Origin: an uncultured Candidatus Entotheonella sp.
Lineage (GTDB): Bacteria > Tectomicrobia > Entotheonellia > Entotheonellales > Entotheonellaceae
Direction: 5' to 3'
Assembly: GCA_965217185.1 (NCBI GenBank)
Contig: OZ244252.1
Coordinates: 2,272,001 to 2,336,000 of the forward strand
DNA: 64,000 nucleotides
The notes under the pieces were generated by a model that was not told where the DNA came from, did no database searches, and was given only the letters and a program-made list of their open reading frames with translations. Both the position numbers and the translations under genes were made by a program. Position 1 is the first letter of the stretch. The number at the start of each line of letters is the position of its first letter. Positions 8,996 to 18,653 of the stretch are shown here, in pieces.

Positions 8996-10015
8996 TTACC
9001 GGGTGAGTTCCTCGCGGACGATGCGGGTGCCGGCGACCATGGCGCGCAGCTTGTCCACCGCCATGCCGCGTGGGCTCCAGCCAAACCCGCAATCGGGGTT
9101 GATATACACCTTGTCGGCGTCGGCGTATTTGAGAACCTGACGCAACCGTGCCGCTACGTCCTCCGCGGTTTCCGGGTGAAACGACTTCACGTCGATGATA
9201 CCGGCGCCCAGTTCGCGCCCGTCGTTCCACTCCTTCCACATCTCGATCTCGGCCATTTCGCGGCTGGCGTACTCCAGCACGAATTGATCGGCGCGTGCTT
9301 CCAGGGCGCCGGGGAAGTAATTGCCGTAATGGCGCTGGAACCGCGCCCTGCCGAAGCGGTTGCCGAAGCAGATGTGGAATGCCAGCTTGGCCTCCACACC
9401 CTCCGTGGCGAGGTTGAACAGGCGGGCCATTTCCGCGCCGGTGACGTTGCCGCGCGCCGGCTCGTCGATCTGGATGAAGCGCGCCCCGGCGTCGACCAGC
9501 GCCTTGAGCTCGGCGTTGATGACGTGCGCGAACTCCTCGGCCACCGCCACCGTGTCGCTGTAGAAATTGTTGGGCCGGATGCGCGAGCCGAAGGTCAGCG
9601 GGCCGGCGCACGTCACCTTGGTGGGCTTCTGCGTGTGGGCGTTCAGGTACTCGAACTCCTGCACGATGCCCAGCCCGGTGGGCGCGTTGATCTTGCCCAT
9701 GGCCTCGTAGCGCGTCTGCTGGTCGTATCCCCAGGGTCCGGCATGGCGCGCCGTGGGCAGGGCGCGGATGCCATCGATGACGCCGTAGTAACCGTCCACG
9801 TAGCCGTCGAGGCGGCGCGATTCGCCGTCGCTGATGATGTCCACCCCGGCGCGCTCCTGATCCAGAATGGCGACGTCCGTGGCGTCGTCGAGCAACTCCG
9901 CCAGATCGTACGGGCCCCAGGTGCCCTCGTCGTGCAGGTCCTTGCAAGCGTGCCACCAGCCGGGCTTGCCGTGCGAGCCGACGACGGTGGTGGGAAGAAG
10001 GGGCAAATCGCTCAT
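8996..10015 (-). CDS. Cobalamin-independent methionine synthase II-like (single-barrel MetE-like) Zn thiol alkyltransferase
   Basis: PTTVVGS, QERAGVDIISDGE, IQIDEP, HICFGN and NPDCGF motifs. ATG 10015 overlaps the aconitase stop (ATGA). Confidence 0.85.
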   Translation of the reverse strand: MSDLPLLPTTVVGSHGKPGWWHACKDLHDEGTWGPYDLAELLDDATDVAILDQERAGVDIISDGESRRLDGYVDGYYGVIDGIRALPTARHAGPWGYDQQTRYEAMGKINAPTGLGIVQEFEYLNAHTQKPTKVTCAGPLTFGSRIRPNNFYSDTVAVAEEFAHVINAELKALVDAGARFIQIDEPARGNVTGAEMARLFNLATEGVEAKLAFHICFGNRFGRARFQRHYGNYFPGALEARADQFVLEYASREMAEIEMWKEWNDGRELGAGIIDVKSFHPETAEDVAARLRQVLKYADADKVYINPDCGFGWSPRGMAVDKLRAMVAGTRIVREELTR

Positions 10016-11937
10016 GTGGTGAATTCCTTTCCTGCAAATCGCAGCAGGCCCCCGGCCAGCACGATCTGTCGTTCGCGGTCGGTGAGGGGCAGGTACGTTT
10101 CTATGATGGATTGTTGGGTGCGGTTGTGCACCGGGATGTGCTCGGCGCCGTCCAGCAGGCGCTGCCGCACGTCGGGGATTTCCAGGTGATCCTCGGGGTC
10201 GAGGCGGTCGTAGTCGTCTTCGTCGACGAGCGTCAGGGGCAACACGGCGTAGTTCATCAGATTGGCACGGTGAATGCGCGCGAACGACTTGGCGATGATG
10301 GCCTTGACGCCGAAAAACATGGGGCACAGGGCGGCGTGCTCGCGCGAGCTGCCTTGGCCGTAATTGTGGCCGCCGAGGATGAAGCCACCGCCCGCCGCCT
10401 TGACGCGCTCGACAAACGTCGGGTCGACGTAGCGAAACAGGTATTCGGCAATGGCGGGGACGTTCGAGCGCAGCGGCAACACCGTGGGCCCGGCAGGCAG
10501 GATGTGATCGGTGGAGATGTTGTCGTCGAGCTTCAGCAGCACCTCGCCCGACAGCGTTTCTTCCAAGTCGCCACGGCTGGGCAGCGGCTTGATGTTGGGC
10601 CCGCGGCGGATTTCTATCTGCTCCGGGTCCTCTGCCGGCGGCAGCACGCCGGTGTCGTCGATGACGTAGGCGTCGGGCAACCCGACGGGTTCCACTGCAA
10701 CCAGGCGCGGGTCGGCAATTTCGCCGGCCAGGGCCGCGGCCGCGCAGGCCGCCGGACTGGCTAGATAGACGCGGTTGTTGGGATCGCCGGAGCGTCCGGG
10801 AAAATTGCGGTTGAACGAGCGTACCGACACGGCGTCGAACGACGGTACCTGTCCCATGCCGGCGCACGGGCCACAGGCGGATTCCAGAATGCGCGCGCCA
10901 GCGGCGATGAGGTCCGCCAGAGCGCCGTTGCGGGCAATCATCTGCAGCACTTGCCGCGACCCCGGACTGACCACCAGATTCACCCGCTGGTGCACCGTGC
11001 GGCCTTTGAGAATGGCGGCAATGGTCATCAGGTCGCTGTATGACGAGTTGGTGCAACTGCCGACCGCCACCTGATTGACCGGGATGCCGAGCACCTCGCT
11101 GATCGGGCAGATGTTGTCCGGGCTGGACGGCTGCGCGATCAACGGCTCCAGGGTGTCGAGGTCGATGCGCATGTGTTCGTCGTACTTGGCCCCATCCTCC
11201 GCTGCCAGCGGGGTGAAGGCGTCCAGCCGCTGCTGCCGTTCGAGGTACGCAGCGGTACGCTCGTCGCTCGGGAAGATCGACGTGGTGGCGCCGAGCTCGG
11301 CTCCCATGTTGGTGATGGTGGCGCGCTCCGGCACGTCGAGATGCGCCATGCCGGGGCCGTAATACTCGAGCACGCGGTCCACGCCGCCCTTGACGGTCAG
11401 CCGCCGCAGCACCTCGAAAATCACGTCCTTGGCCGTCACCCCCGGTTGCAGGCGGCCGTGCAACTCCACCCCCAGCACCTTTGGCATGCGCATGCTATAG
11501 GCGCTTCCCGCCATGGCCAGGGCGACGTCAAGCCCGCCGGCACCGATGGCCAGCACGCCCATGCCGCCGCACGTCGGGGTGTGGCTGTCGGTGCCCAGCA
11601 GCGTGGTGCCCGGCACCGCGTAGCGTTCGAGGTGCACCTGATGGCAGATACCGTTGCCGGGCCGTGAGTAGTGCAGGCCGTACTTGGCGGCCACGTCTTG
11701 CAGGTAGACGTGGTCGTCGGCGTTGCGGAAGTCGCCTTGCAGCATGTTGTGATCGACGTAGCTCACCGACAACTGCGTCTGCACGCGCGGCACGCCGATG
11801 GCCTCAAATTGCAGATACGACAGCGTGCCGGTGGCGTCCTGGGACAGCGTCTGATCAATGCGCAGGGAGATTTCCGAACCCGGCGTCATCTCGCCGCTGA
11901 CGAGATGGGCCTGGATCAATTGGCGGGTGAGATTCAT
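10012..11937 (-). CDS. Aconitate hydratase (short ~640-aa type)
   Basis: QDATG, DHN, GICHQV, DSHT, GSCTNSS, CGPCAGM, NRNF and GSSREHA motifs. Confidence 0.9.
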   Translation of the reverse strand: MNLTRQLIQAHLVSGEMTPGSEISLRIDQTLSQDATGTLSYLQFEAIGVPRVQTQLSVSYVDHNMLQGDFRNADDHVYLQDVAAKYGLHYSRPGNGICHQVHLERYAVPGTTLLGTDSHTPTCGGMGVLAIGAGGLDVALAMAGSAYSMRMPKVLGVELHGRLQPGVTAKDVIFEVLRRLTVKGGVDRVLEYYGPGMAHLDVPERATITNMGAELGATTSIFPSDERTAAYLERQQRLDAFTPLAAEDGAKYDEHMRIDLDTLEPLIAQPSSPDNICPISEVLGIPVNQVAVGSCTNSSYSDLMTIAAILKGRTVHQRVNLVVSPGSRQVLQMIARNGALADLIAAGARILESACGPCAGMGQVPSFDAVSVRSFNRNFPGRSGDPNNRVYLASPAACAAAALAGEIADPRLVAVEPVGLPDAYVIDDTGVLPPAEDPEQIEIRRGPNIKPLPSRGDLEETLSGEVLLKLDDNISTDHILPAGPTVLPLRSNVPAIAEYLFRYVDPTFVERVKAAGGGFILGGHNYGQGSSREHAALCPMFFGVKAIIAKSFARIHRANLMNYAVLPLTLVDEDDYDRLDPEDHLEIPDVRQRLLDGAEHIPVHNRTQQSIIETYLPLTDRERQIVLAGGLLRFAGKEFTT

Positions 11938-11952
11938 GCGGGGCTCCTCCGG

Positions 11953-13131
11953 CTAGCCAGCGTTGAACCAGGGCTTGCCGGCCATGGTGCTTCGCGGCAC
12001 AAGGATGGCGCCCTCCATAATGCGGCGGGCGGTGCGTTGCGTGGTGACGCTCTCGACCTGCCAGACACCGTCCTTCTGATGCACTTGGGCGGCGATTTCC
12101 ATGATGCCGGCGGGATGCCCGAGGCGCAGGCGCGCGCCGCGTTCGGGACGCGCGACCTCGTGCACCACGGTGCCCTCCACGGCTGCGGCCACCGCGGTGC
12201 ACATGGAGGCGGTGCCGGGAAACGTGCGGTGGGTGTTACGCATGGAAATGGCCCGCGCCGCCATGTCGATGCTGTCAGCGGCGATGGCCTTGCCGGCGCT
12301 GCTGGCGTAATCCGCGGGTGGCGCCACAAGGGCTACCTTGGGCACGGCCTTGACCGTTTCGGTGGCCTGCTGCACGTTGTCTGCCAAGCCGAGCAGTACG
12401 GCGGCGCGGCAGCGAATTTCTTCCAGAACTGACTGCAAGCTGGCATCGGCGTCCAATTCCGGCGCCAGCAAGGTGGCATCGGCGCCTAATTCCTCGGCGC
12501 GTACGTAAACCATGGGCAGAGCGGCGTCCACCAGCGAGACGCTGACTTGGCGTCCATCCGCCAGGGTGATCTGCTGGCGGGGCTGTCCGGTGGGCAGCAG
12601 GTCACCGCCCAGCGAGCCGCCCGGCTCAAGGTATTCCAGGGCGATGCGCGCGCCGGTGCCCGGCACGCCGTCCACCGTGTAGTCGCCCTCGACTATCGCG
12701 TGGCCGTCCTGCACCGGCACGTGCACGATGTAGCGCTTGCCGGTATTGGTCGCCAGCACCCACACGCGCGTCACCGGCTCGACCGGCTGCACCAGTCCCT
12801 CATCGATGGCAAACGGACCGACCGCCGCCGACATGTTGCCGCAGGTGCCGCTCCAATCGACGAACGGCTTGTGTACGTCCACCTGCGCGAAGTTGAAGGT
12901 CACGTCCGCTTCCGGGCCGTCGCACGACCCGATGATGGCGGCCTTGCTGAGCGATGAAATGCCACCGCCGAGGCCGTCGATCTGCCGTCCGTACGGATCG
13001 GGGCTGCCGAGCGCCGTCAGGATGATGGCGTCGCGGGTAGCAGCGTCGTAAGGCTGCATTGCCGCCTGGGTGAAAAACACGGCGCGGCTCGTACCGCCGC
13101 GCATGAACACCGCCGGGATTTTGTGCTGCAT
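11953..13131 (-). CDS. prpF: PrpF family isomerase
   Basis: MRGGTSR, GSPDPYGRQIDGLGGG..SLSK, CGNMSAAVGPFA and RTARRIMEG motifs. Confidence 0.88.
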   Translation of the reverse strand: MQHKIPAVFMRGGTSRAVFFTQAAMQPYDAATRDAIILTALGSPDPYGRQIDGLGGGISSLSKAAIIGSCDGPEADVTFNFAQVDVHKPFVDWSGTCGNMSAAVGPFAIDEGLVQPVEPVTRVWVLATNTGKRYIVHVPVQDGHAIVEGDYTVDGVPGTGARIALEYLEPGGSLGGDLLPTGQPRQQITLADGRQVSVSLVDAALPMVYVRAEELGADATLLAPELDADASLQSVLEEIRCRAAVLLGLADNVQQATETVKAVPKVALVAPPADYASSAGKAIAADSIDMAARAISMRNTHRTFPGTASMCTAVAAAVEGTVVHEVARPERGARLRLGHPAGIMEIAAQVHQKDGVWQVESVTTQRTARRIMEGAILVPRSTMAGKPWFNAG

Positions 13132-13145
13132 GGCTGCGACCCTCG

Positions 13146-14267
13146 CTACGCCCCGACCTTGCGGTTGCGGTGGCCGACGTACTTCGCCCGCGGCCGGATG
13201 AGGCGGTTGTTGGCGTACTGCTCCAGGATGTGCGCCGACCAGCCGACGATGCGCGTGCTGGCAATCACGTTGGTGAAGATGCTCAGCGGGAAGCCCAGGT
13301 GGTACAGCACCGGCGCCGCGAAATAATCCACATTGGCGATGATGCCCTTGGTGTCGTGCATTCGCTGCTCGGCGGCGGTGGCGATGGCGAACCACTTGTC
13401 GTCGCCGCTGGCCGCGCCGAGTTTTTCCGCCATGCCGCGAAGCTGGGCTGCGCGCGGGTCGCCGGCGCGGTACACGCGGTGGCCGAAGCCGGGCAGCTTA
13501 CGCCGCGCCGCCAATGCCTCGTCGACAAATGCCGCGGCGCGGTCGGCGGAGCCAATGTCGATCAGCATGCGCATCACGTCGTCGATGGCGCCGCCGTGCA
13601 GCGGGCCCTTGATGGCGCCGAGACCGGCTACCACTGCGGAATACAGGTCGGCCTCGGTGCCGACGACCACGCGGCAGGCGAACGTCGAGGCGTTGGTTTC
13701 GTGCTCGGTATACAGGATGAGCATGGTGTCAAAGGTGCGGGTGGTGGTGTCGTCCGGTGTCTCGCCGGTAAGCATGTAGCAGTAGTTGGCGGCGTGGCTG
13801 AGATCAGCGCGCGGCGCGATCGGCTCCTGCCCCTGCTGCAGGCGTGCCTGCGCCGCCACGATGGTGGGCATTTGCGCCGTCAGCGCCATGGCCTTTCGCT
13901 GGTTGTCCGCGGCACCGTTATCGTCGGCCTGTGCGTCCATTGCGCCCAGCCACGATACCACGGTACGCAGCACCGCCATGGGATGGGCCGAGGCCGGCAG
14001 GCCGCGCAATATGCCGATCAGGGCATCGGGAACCGCCCGCTGGCCGGCGAGACCGGCGCTGAACGCCGCGAGCTCGTCGTCGCTCGGCAGTCTGTCGTTC
14101 CAGAGCAGGTAGGCTGCCTGCTCGAACGCCAGAGTCTGCGCGATGTCCTGAATATCGTAGCCGCGAAACGACAACTCGGGGATCGAGCCGTCGATGAACG
14201 CGATGCTCGACTCGAAGGCCAGAACGCCCTCGAGCCCCGAAATGACCTGTTGACTTGCCTCAGTCAT
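13146..14267 (-). CDS. Citrate/2-methylcitrate synthase
   Basis: GLEGV, EHETNASTF, KGPLHGGA, GFGHRVY..GDPRA, NVD, GWSAH and LIRP motifs. Confidence 0.9.
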   Translation of the reverse strand: MTEASQQVISGLEGVLAFESSIAFIDGSIPELSFRGYDIQDIAQTLAFEQAAYLLWNDRLPSDDELAAFSAGLAGQRAVPDALIGILRGLPASAHPMAVLRTVVSWLGAMDAQADDNGAADNQRKAMALTAQMPTIVAAQARLQQGQEPIAPRADLSHAANYCYMLTGETPDDTTTRTFDTMLILYTEHETNASTFACRVVVGTEADLYSAVVAGLGAIKGPLHGGAIDDVMRMLIDIGSADRAAAFVDEALAARRKLPGFGHRVYRAGDPRAAQLRGMAEKLGAASGDDKWFAIATAAEQRMHDTKGIIANVDYFAAPVLYHLGFPLSIFTNVIASTRIVGWSAHILEQYANNRLIRPRAKYVGHRNRKVGA

Positions 14268-14552
14268 AATGACCCTCGCATGCGCCACTTGTGGCTGGCA
14301 GGCTAGAAATTGCGCCTGGTTGCGGCGCGTCGGATTGATGTGCTGGAGCCGTTTGGCAGGGTGCGCAGTGTAGCCGCAGTCGGCGGTAAGATCAAGCAGC
14401 GTGGCGGGGGGTGCAAGGCTGCCCGATGGCCCCCCAGGCCCTATCTCAGGCGGTTTGTTTTGCCGGAACGGGGCCACTACAATACCCGCCCGGAGCCCAG
14501 TCGGGCGGGGTGAATCGACCTATGCAGAGTTTCCTACCCAAAGGGGAAAAGG

Positions 14553-15377
14553 ATGGCTTACGAGACCCTCAAACTCGCACAGGACGGCGCGGTGCTGACC
14601 CTGACCGTGAACCGTCCGGAAGTCCTAAATGCCCAGAGCCGCGTCATGCTCGAAGAGTTCGACCGCGCCCTCATGGACGCCATGGCGGACGACGCCGTCA
14701 GGGTAGTCATCGTGGCCGGCGCCGGGGCGCATTTTTCCGCCGGGCACGACATCGGCAGCCCGCAGGAAAAGGCCGACCGCGAGCGCCGGCCGTGGCCAGC
14801 GGGCATCTCCGGTGAATACCTACGCGCCTGGAACCTGTATATCGACACCGGCTTCCGCTGGCGCGACTGCCCCAAGCCGACCATCGCGCAGGTGCAGGGC
14901 TATTGCATCATGGGCGGCCTCATGCTGGCCTCGGCGTGCGACCTGATCATCGCCTCCGACGACGCCAGGTTCTGCGACCGCACGGTGCGCTGGGGTGGCG
15001 CCCACGTGCAATACGCCAGCCTCGCCTGGGACATCGGCGTGCGCAAGGCCAAGGAATACCTGTTCACCGGCGACTGGATCAGCGCCGATGAAGCCTGCCG
15101 GTTGGGCTTGGTCAACCGCGTGGTGCGGCGTGACGACCTGGAGCAGGAAACCATGGCGCTGGCGCAGCGCATTGCCATGCAGGACCCCTTCGCCCTGCGC
15201 ATGGCCAAGTTCTCGCTCAACCAGATGCAGGACGAAATGGGCTACCGAAGCGGCGTCACCGGCGCGTTTCACACCTACGCCGTGACCCGCGCCTATCGCC
15301 TTGAGGATGGGGAGCAGACACTCGCCGGCGCCGACCGTGCCCGGCAGCGTGACGCGGCTTTCGGCGACAACCACTGA
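14553..15377 (+). CDS. Enoyl-CoA hydratase/isomerase family protein
   Basis: NRPEVLNAQ, HFSAGHD, KPTIAQVQG and GGLMLASACD motifs. Confidence 0.88.
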   Translation: MAYETLKLAQDGAVLTLTVNRPEVLNAQSRVMLEEFDRALMDAMADDAVRVVIVAGAGAHFSAGHDIGSPQEKADRERRPWPAGISGEYLRAWNLYIDTGFRWRDCPKPTIAQVQGYCIMGGLMLASACDLIIASDDARFCDRTVRWGGAHVQYASLAWDIGVRKAKEYLFTGDWISADEACRLGLVNRVVRRDDLEQETMALAQRIAMQDPFALRMAKFSLNQMQDEMGYRSGVTGAFHTYAVTRAYRLEDGEQTLAGADRARQRDAAFGDNH

Positions 15378-15410
15378 GGCGCCTTCTCATGCCAGGGGGA
15401 AAACGGCCCG

Positions 15411-16748
15411 ATGCCGGTGAATCGTCACAAGTTTCTGCAACAGCTTGGCCTTGACCGCCCCGAACTGCGCGCCTGGGCCATGTATGACCTGGCGAACTCG
15501 GCGTTCGTCACCACGGTGGCCGGCGCGGTGTTTCCGATTTACTTCAGCACTGTCGCGGCTGCGGGGATGCCGGCGCCTATGGCCACGGCGCGCTTTGCCG
15601 CGGCGACGACTATCGCCCTGGTCATGGCGGCGGTTCTGGCGCCGTTTCTGGGCGCCTTGGCCGATTTCGCCGCCATGAAGAAAAAACTTTTAGCGGCCTT
15701 TCTGGTCCTGGGGGTGGGGGCCAGCGGCGGCATGTTCTTCATCCATCGTGGTGAGTGGATGCTCGGCGCCGGCTTGTTCATCCTCGCCAATATCGGCGCT
15801 GCCGGGTCTTTCATTTTCTACGACGCGCTGCTGCCGCACGTGGCGCGGCCGGACGAAATGGACCGGGTGTCCTCGGCGGGTTACGCGCTGGGCTATCTGG
15901 GGGGCGGGGTTCTGCTGGCCGTTAATCTGGTGTGGATCCAGTTTCCCACGGCCTTCGGCATGGCGGACGCCGCTGCGGCCAGTCGATGGGCATTTCTGAG
16001 CGTGGCGGTGTGGTGGCTGCTGTTCTCGCTGCCGCTGTTTCGCTACGTGCCCGAACCGCCGCGTACTCTGTCGGCCGATGAGAGTAGCGACTTTTCGCCC
16101 CTGCGCGGCGCCCTGGGTCGGCTGCGGGTGACGTTTCGGGATCTGCGTGCTTACCCGCAGGCGCTTCTACTGCTGGTCGCCTTTCTGGTGTACAACGACG
16201 GCATCGGCACCATCGCCCGCATGGCGACAGTTTATGGCACCGAGATCGGCATCGGGCAGGGGGCGCTCATGGGCGCCTTTCTGATCGCGCAGTTCGTCGG
16301 CATTCCGTTCGCTTTCCTGTTCGGTGGGCTGGCGTCCCGCGTCGGCGCCAAACGCAGCATCTTTCTGGCCCTGACCGTGTATGCCGGCATCAGCGTGCTG
16401 GGTTATTACATGACGACAGCGGCCCACTTCCTGGCCTTGGCCGTGCTGGTCGGCATGGTGCAGGGCGGCTGCCAGGCGCTCTCCCGCTCCCTGTTCGCCA
16501 GCATGATTCCGCGCCACCGCTCGACCGAGTTCTTCGCCTTCTTCGCCGTCTTCGAAAAGCTCGCCGGCATTCTCGGCCCCGCCATCTTCGCCGGCACCAT
16601 CGCCCTCACCGGTTCCAGCCGCAACGCCATTCTCGCGGTGATTGCGTTCTTTGTTGTGGGAGGGGGCTTGCTTGCCTTCGTCAACGTTCCCGAGGGTCAA
16701 CGATTGGCTCGTCAGGCCGAACAGGCTTTTTCTGACACCGAACGGTAG
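15411..16748 (+). CDS. MFS transporter (UMF1/ATG22-like)
   Basis: WAMYDLANS, FYDALLP, GYALGYLGG, YNDG and QALSRS motifs; about 12 TM segments. Confidence 0.88.
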   Translation: MPVNRHKFLQQLGLDRPELRAWAMYDLANSAFVTTVAGAVFPIYFSTVAAAGMPAPMATARFAAATTIALVMAAVLAPFLGALADFAAMKKKLLAAFLVLGVGASGGMFFIHRGEWMLGAGLFILANIGAAGSFIFYDALLPHVARPDEMDRVSSAGYALGYLGGGVLLAVNLVWIQFPTAFGMADAAAASRWAFLSVAVWWLLFSLPLFRYVPEPPRTLSADESSDFSPLRGALGRLRVTFRDLRAYPQALLLLVAFLVYNDGIGTIARMATVYGTEIGIGQGALMGAFLIAQFVGIPFAFLFGGLASRVGAKRSIFLALTVYAGISVLGYYMTTAAHFLALAVLVGMVQGGCQALSRSLFASMIPRHRSTEFFAFFAVFEKLAGILGPAIFAGTIALTGSSRNAILAVIAFFVVGGGLLAFVNVPEGQRLARQAEQAFSDTER

Positions 16749-16829
16749 ACACGAGAAAGCTGGGGAAATCGGGCGGGTTTCAGACTTGGGTAGACGGGAT
16801 AGATCGGATGCAGTTTTACGATTAACCAA

Positions 16830-17807
16830 TCATCGAAGCAATTCTATCGAAGGTCCCTGCAGCCTACCATCTTGAAGCCAAATGACTTGAACGCAGCGAT
16901 CTCGTGTAAGGTAATCGACGTACCACTGGGAAGATAGCGCCTGGGACAATACGATCCATAGCGTCGCCTCCGCTAAAGAATGCAGGAAGCGATATTCGTA
17001 GAGTTGACTCAGGGCATGCCGAATCTGGTCGCGTTCATTGGTTTCAGTAATGCTCTTAACCTCAAAGATTGCTGGGCCACTGCTGAGGACAGAATAGGCG
17101 TCAATGAGTTTGTTTTCTGAGACACGGAGACCCTGTTGAAAAAGGGATTCCTTAAGGACTGTCAATGTGTGTTGGTGGGCGGCATTAGCCTGTTCCAGCT
17201 TGACACGTGCTGTTTGGGAGATGATGTAGGGGTCGCCGGCAGGCACGGGTACCAGAGAACGTGATCGCGATGTTTTGGTGACTATCGGCTTAAGCTGGAA
17301 GAACTTGGGTGCGGCTTCCTGGGGCTCCTCTACAGGTTCTTCTTGGATTTGAACAGAAACTTGCGGTTCAACCAGGTTATGCCGCAATAGCTCTTGCTCA
17401 TGCAACTTGGCAAACTTGCGGCGCCAAGCCTCGGCATCGGGTAAGCCGCGCTTTATATGCCAAGCGATCGCTTCATCTACTTCCGACCGGAGGTCGTCGT
17501 AAACGTCAAACCGATACGCCTGTTTGAGGAAGGAAGGGTAGTCACGGGCTTCGTACATCTGTCGCAAGAGTTGAGCGACAGCATACGTACCAAACATTCC
17601 CACCGCATAATACGCGCTTAGAATGACACCATAAGCTTTCCTCGAATAAAGGTGTTCCACGCATGTATCGAGTTCGGTCGTCACGGCTTCGAGAGAAATA
17701 TTGCCATTTCGGCAGGTCTTGAGGGCTTTGAGCAAGTCCAGACTGGCAAGTTGCGCCTTCGCCCTCGCTTCAGAACTTAATGGTAGCTGGGTGGTCTCGT
17801 ATTTCAT
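16830..17807 (-). CDS. Hypothetical protein with C-terminal PD-(D/E)XK-like nuclease domain
   Basis: IDAY...IFEVKS...DQIRHALSQLYEY pattern; AT-richer codon usage; follows grpE. Confidence 0.6.
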   Translation of the reverse strand: MKYETTQLPLSSEARAKAQLASLDLLKALKTCRNGNISLEAVTTELDTCVEHLYSRKAYGVILSAYYAVGMFGTYAVAQLLRQMYEARDYPSFLKQAYRFDVYDDLRSEVDEAIAWHIKRGLPDAEAWRRKFAKLHEQELLRHNLVEPQVSVQIQEEPVEEPQEAAPKFFQLKPIVTKTSRSRSLVPVPAGDPYIISQTARVKLEQANAAHQHTLTVLKESLFQQGLRVSENKLIDAYSVLSSGPAIFEVKSITETNERDQIRHALSQLYEYRFLHSLAEATLWIVLSQALSSQWYVDYLTRDRCVQVIWLQDGRLQGPSIELLR

Positions 17808-17881
17808 TATTTTCACCTATTACCCCGATTAACAAGCAGTTGGGCTCGATAGATGAATCCTGTTTCAAGAAGTTTCTGTCG

Positions 17882-18514
17882 CTAATTCGCTGCAGTATCG
17901 GTTTCTTCGGCGTGTGCCACAACGACTTGGGCGGGGCTGAGCAACCGGCCTTCAAATAGATAGCCGGGCTTGATTTCGGAGACGATGGTATCGGGAGGAT
18001 GGTCGTCGGTGGCGGGAACAGCGGATAGCGCTTCGTGATACGCCGGGTCGAATCGCTCGCCGATGGTGGCGATGGGCTCGACTCCTTGGTCGCGCATGAA
18101 CCCTTCAAACTGCTGCCAGATCATCTGAACGCCCTGCCTGACGGCGTCGGCGTCCTGGTCGGCGTGCCGCAAAGCGAGATACATGTTGCCCAGGATGGGT
18201 AGCAGTGCCTGCAGGAGGTCAGCCTTGCCGCGGCTGGCGGCCTGTAACTTTTCCTGCGTGGCCCGCCGTCGGTAGTTGTCGAGATCAGCCCGCGAGCGCT
18301 GCAAGCCGTCTAGGTACGAATCTCTCTCTTGTTGCAGCTGGGCCAGTTGGTCTTCCAGGGACTCAAGTTCTGGGTGGTCAGCCTCGACTTGTGGGGCCTC
18401 GTCCTCATTCTGGGCTTCTGCGGTTGCCACCCTGGCTTGCTCGTCTAGTTCCTCGGCATCCTCAGTTTCCTCGGCCTGGGAATCGGGCGCCGTTTCTTGC
18501 TCTTTCGTGTCCAT
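17882..18514 (-). CDS. grpE: Nucleotide exchange factor GrpE
   Basis: RADLDNYRRR, FDPAYHEA and GY....RLLSPAQVVVA motifs; follows dnaK. Confidence 0.93.
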   Translation of the reverse strand: MDTKEQETAPDSQAEETEDAEELDEQARVATAEAQNEDEAPQVEADHPELESLEDQLAQLQQERDSYLDGLQRSRADLDNYRRRATQEKLQAASRGKADLLQALLPILGNMYLALRHADQDADAVRQGVQMIWQQFEGFMRDQGVEPIATIGERFDPAYHEALSAVPATDDHPPDTIVSEIKPGYLFEGRLLSPAQVVVAHAEETDTAAN

Positions 18515-18585
18515 CTACTCACCCTTCTTGACGCTGCATGGTACTCACGGAAGGTCGGATCAAGTCCGCTGACCCTCGGCGGCCA

Positions 18586-18637
18586 GCCCCGGATACAGTC
18601 CGGGGCCGCTTGATTCCGGGTCAGACCCGGAATCAAG
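18586..18637. repeat. Tandem REP-like palindromes between dnaK and grpE
   Basis: GCCCCGGA-TACAG-TCCGGGGC followed by CTTGATTCCGGGTC-A-GACCCGGAATCAAG (18609-18637). Confidence 0.7.
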
Positions 18638-18653
18638 ATTCGTCAGACCTTCC

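Noticed and set aside
8996..11056. 686-aa ORF suggesting a long N-terminal fusion to the MetE-like protein
   Set aside because: The extension is an off-frame shadow of the aconitase gene. The real start is ATG 10015, overlapping the aconitase stop.
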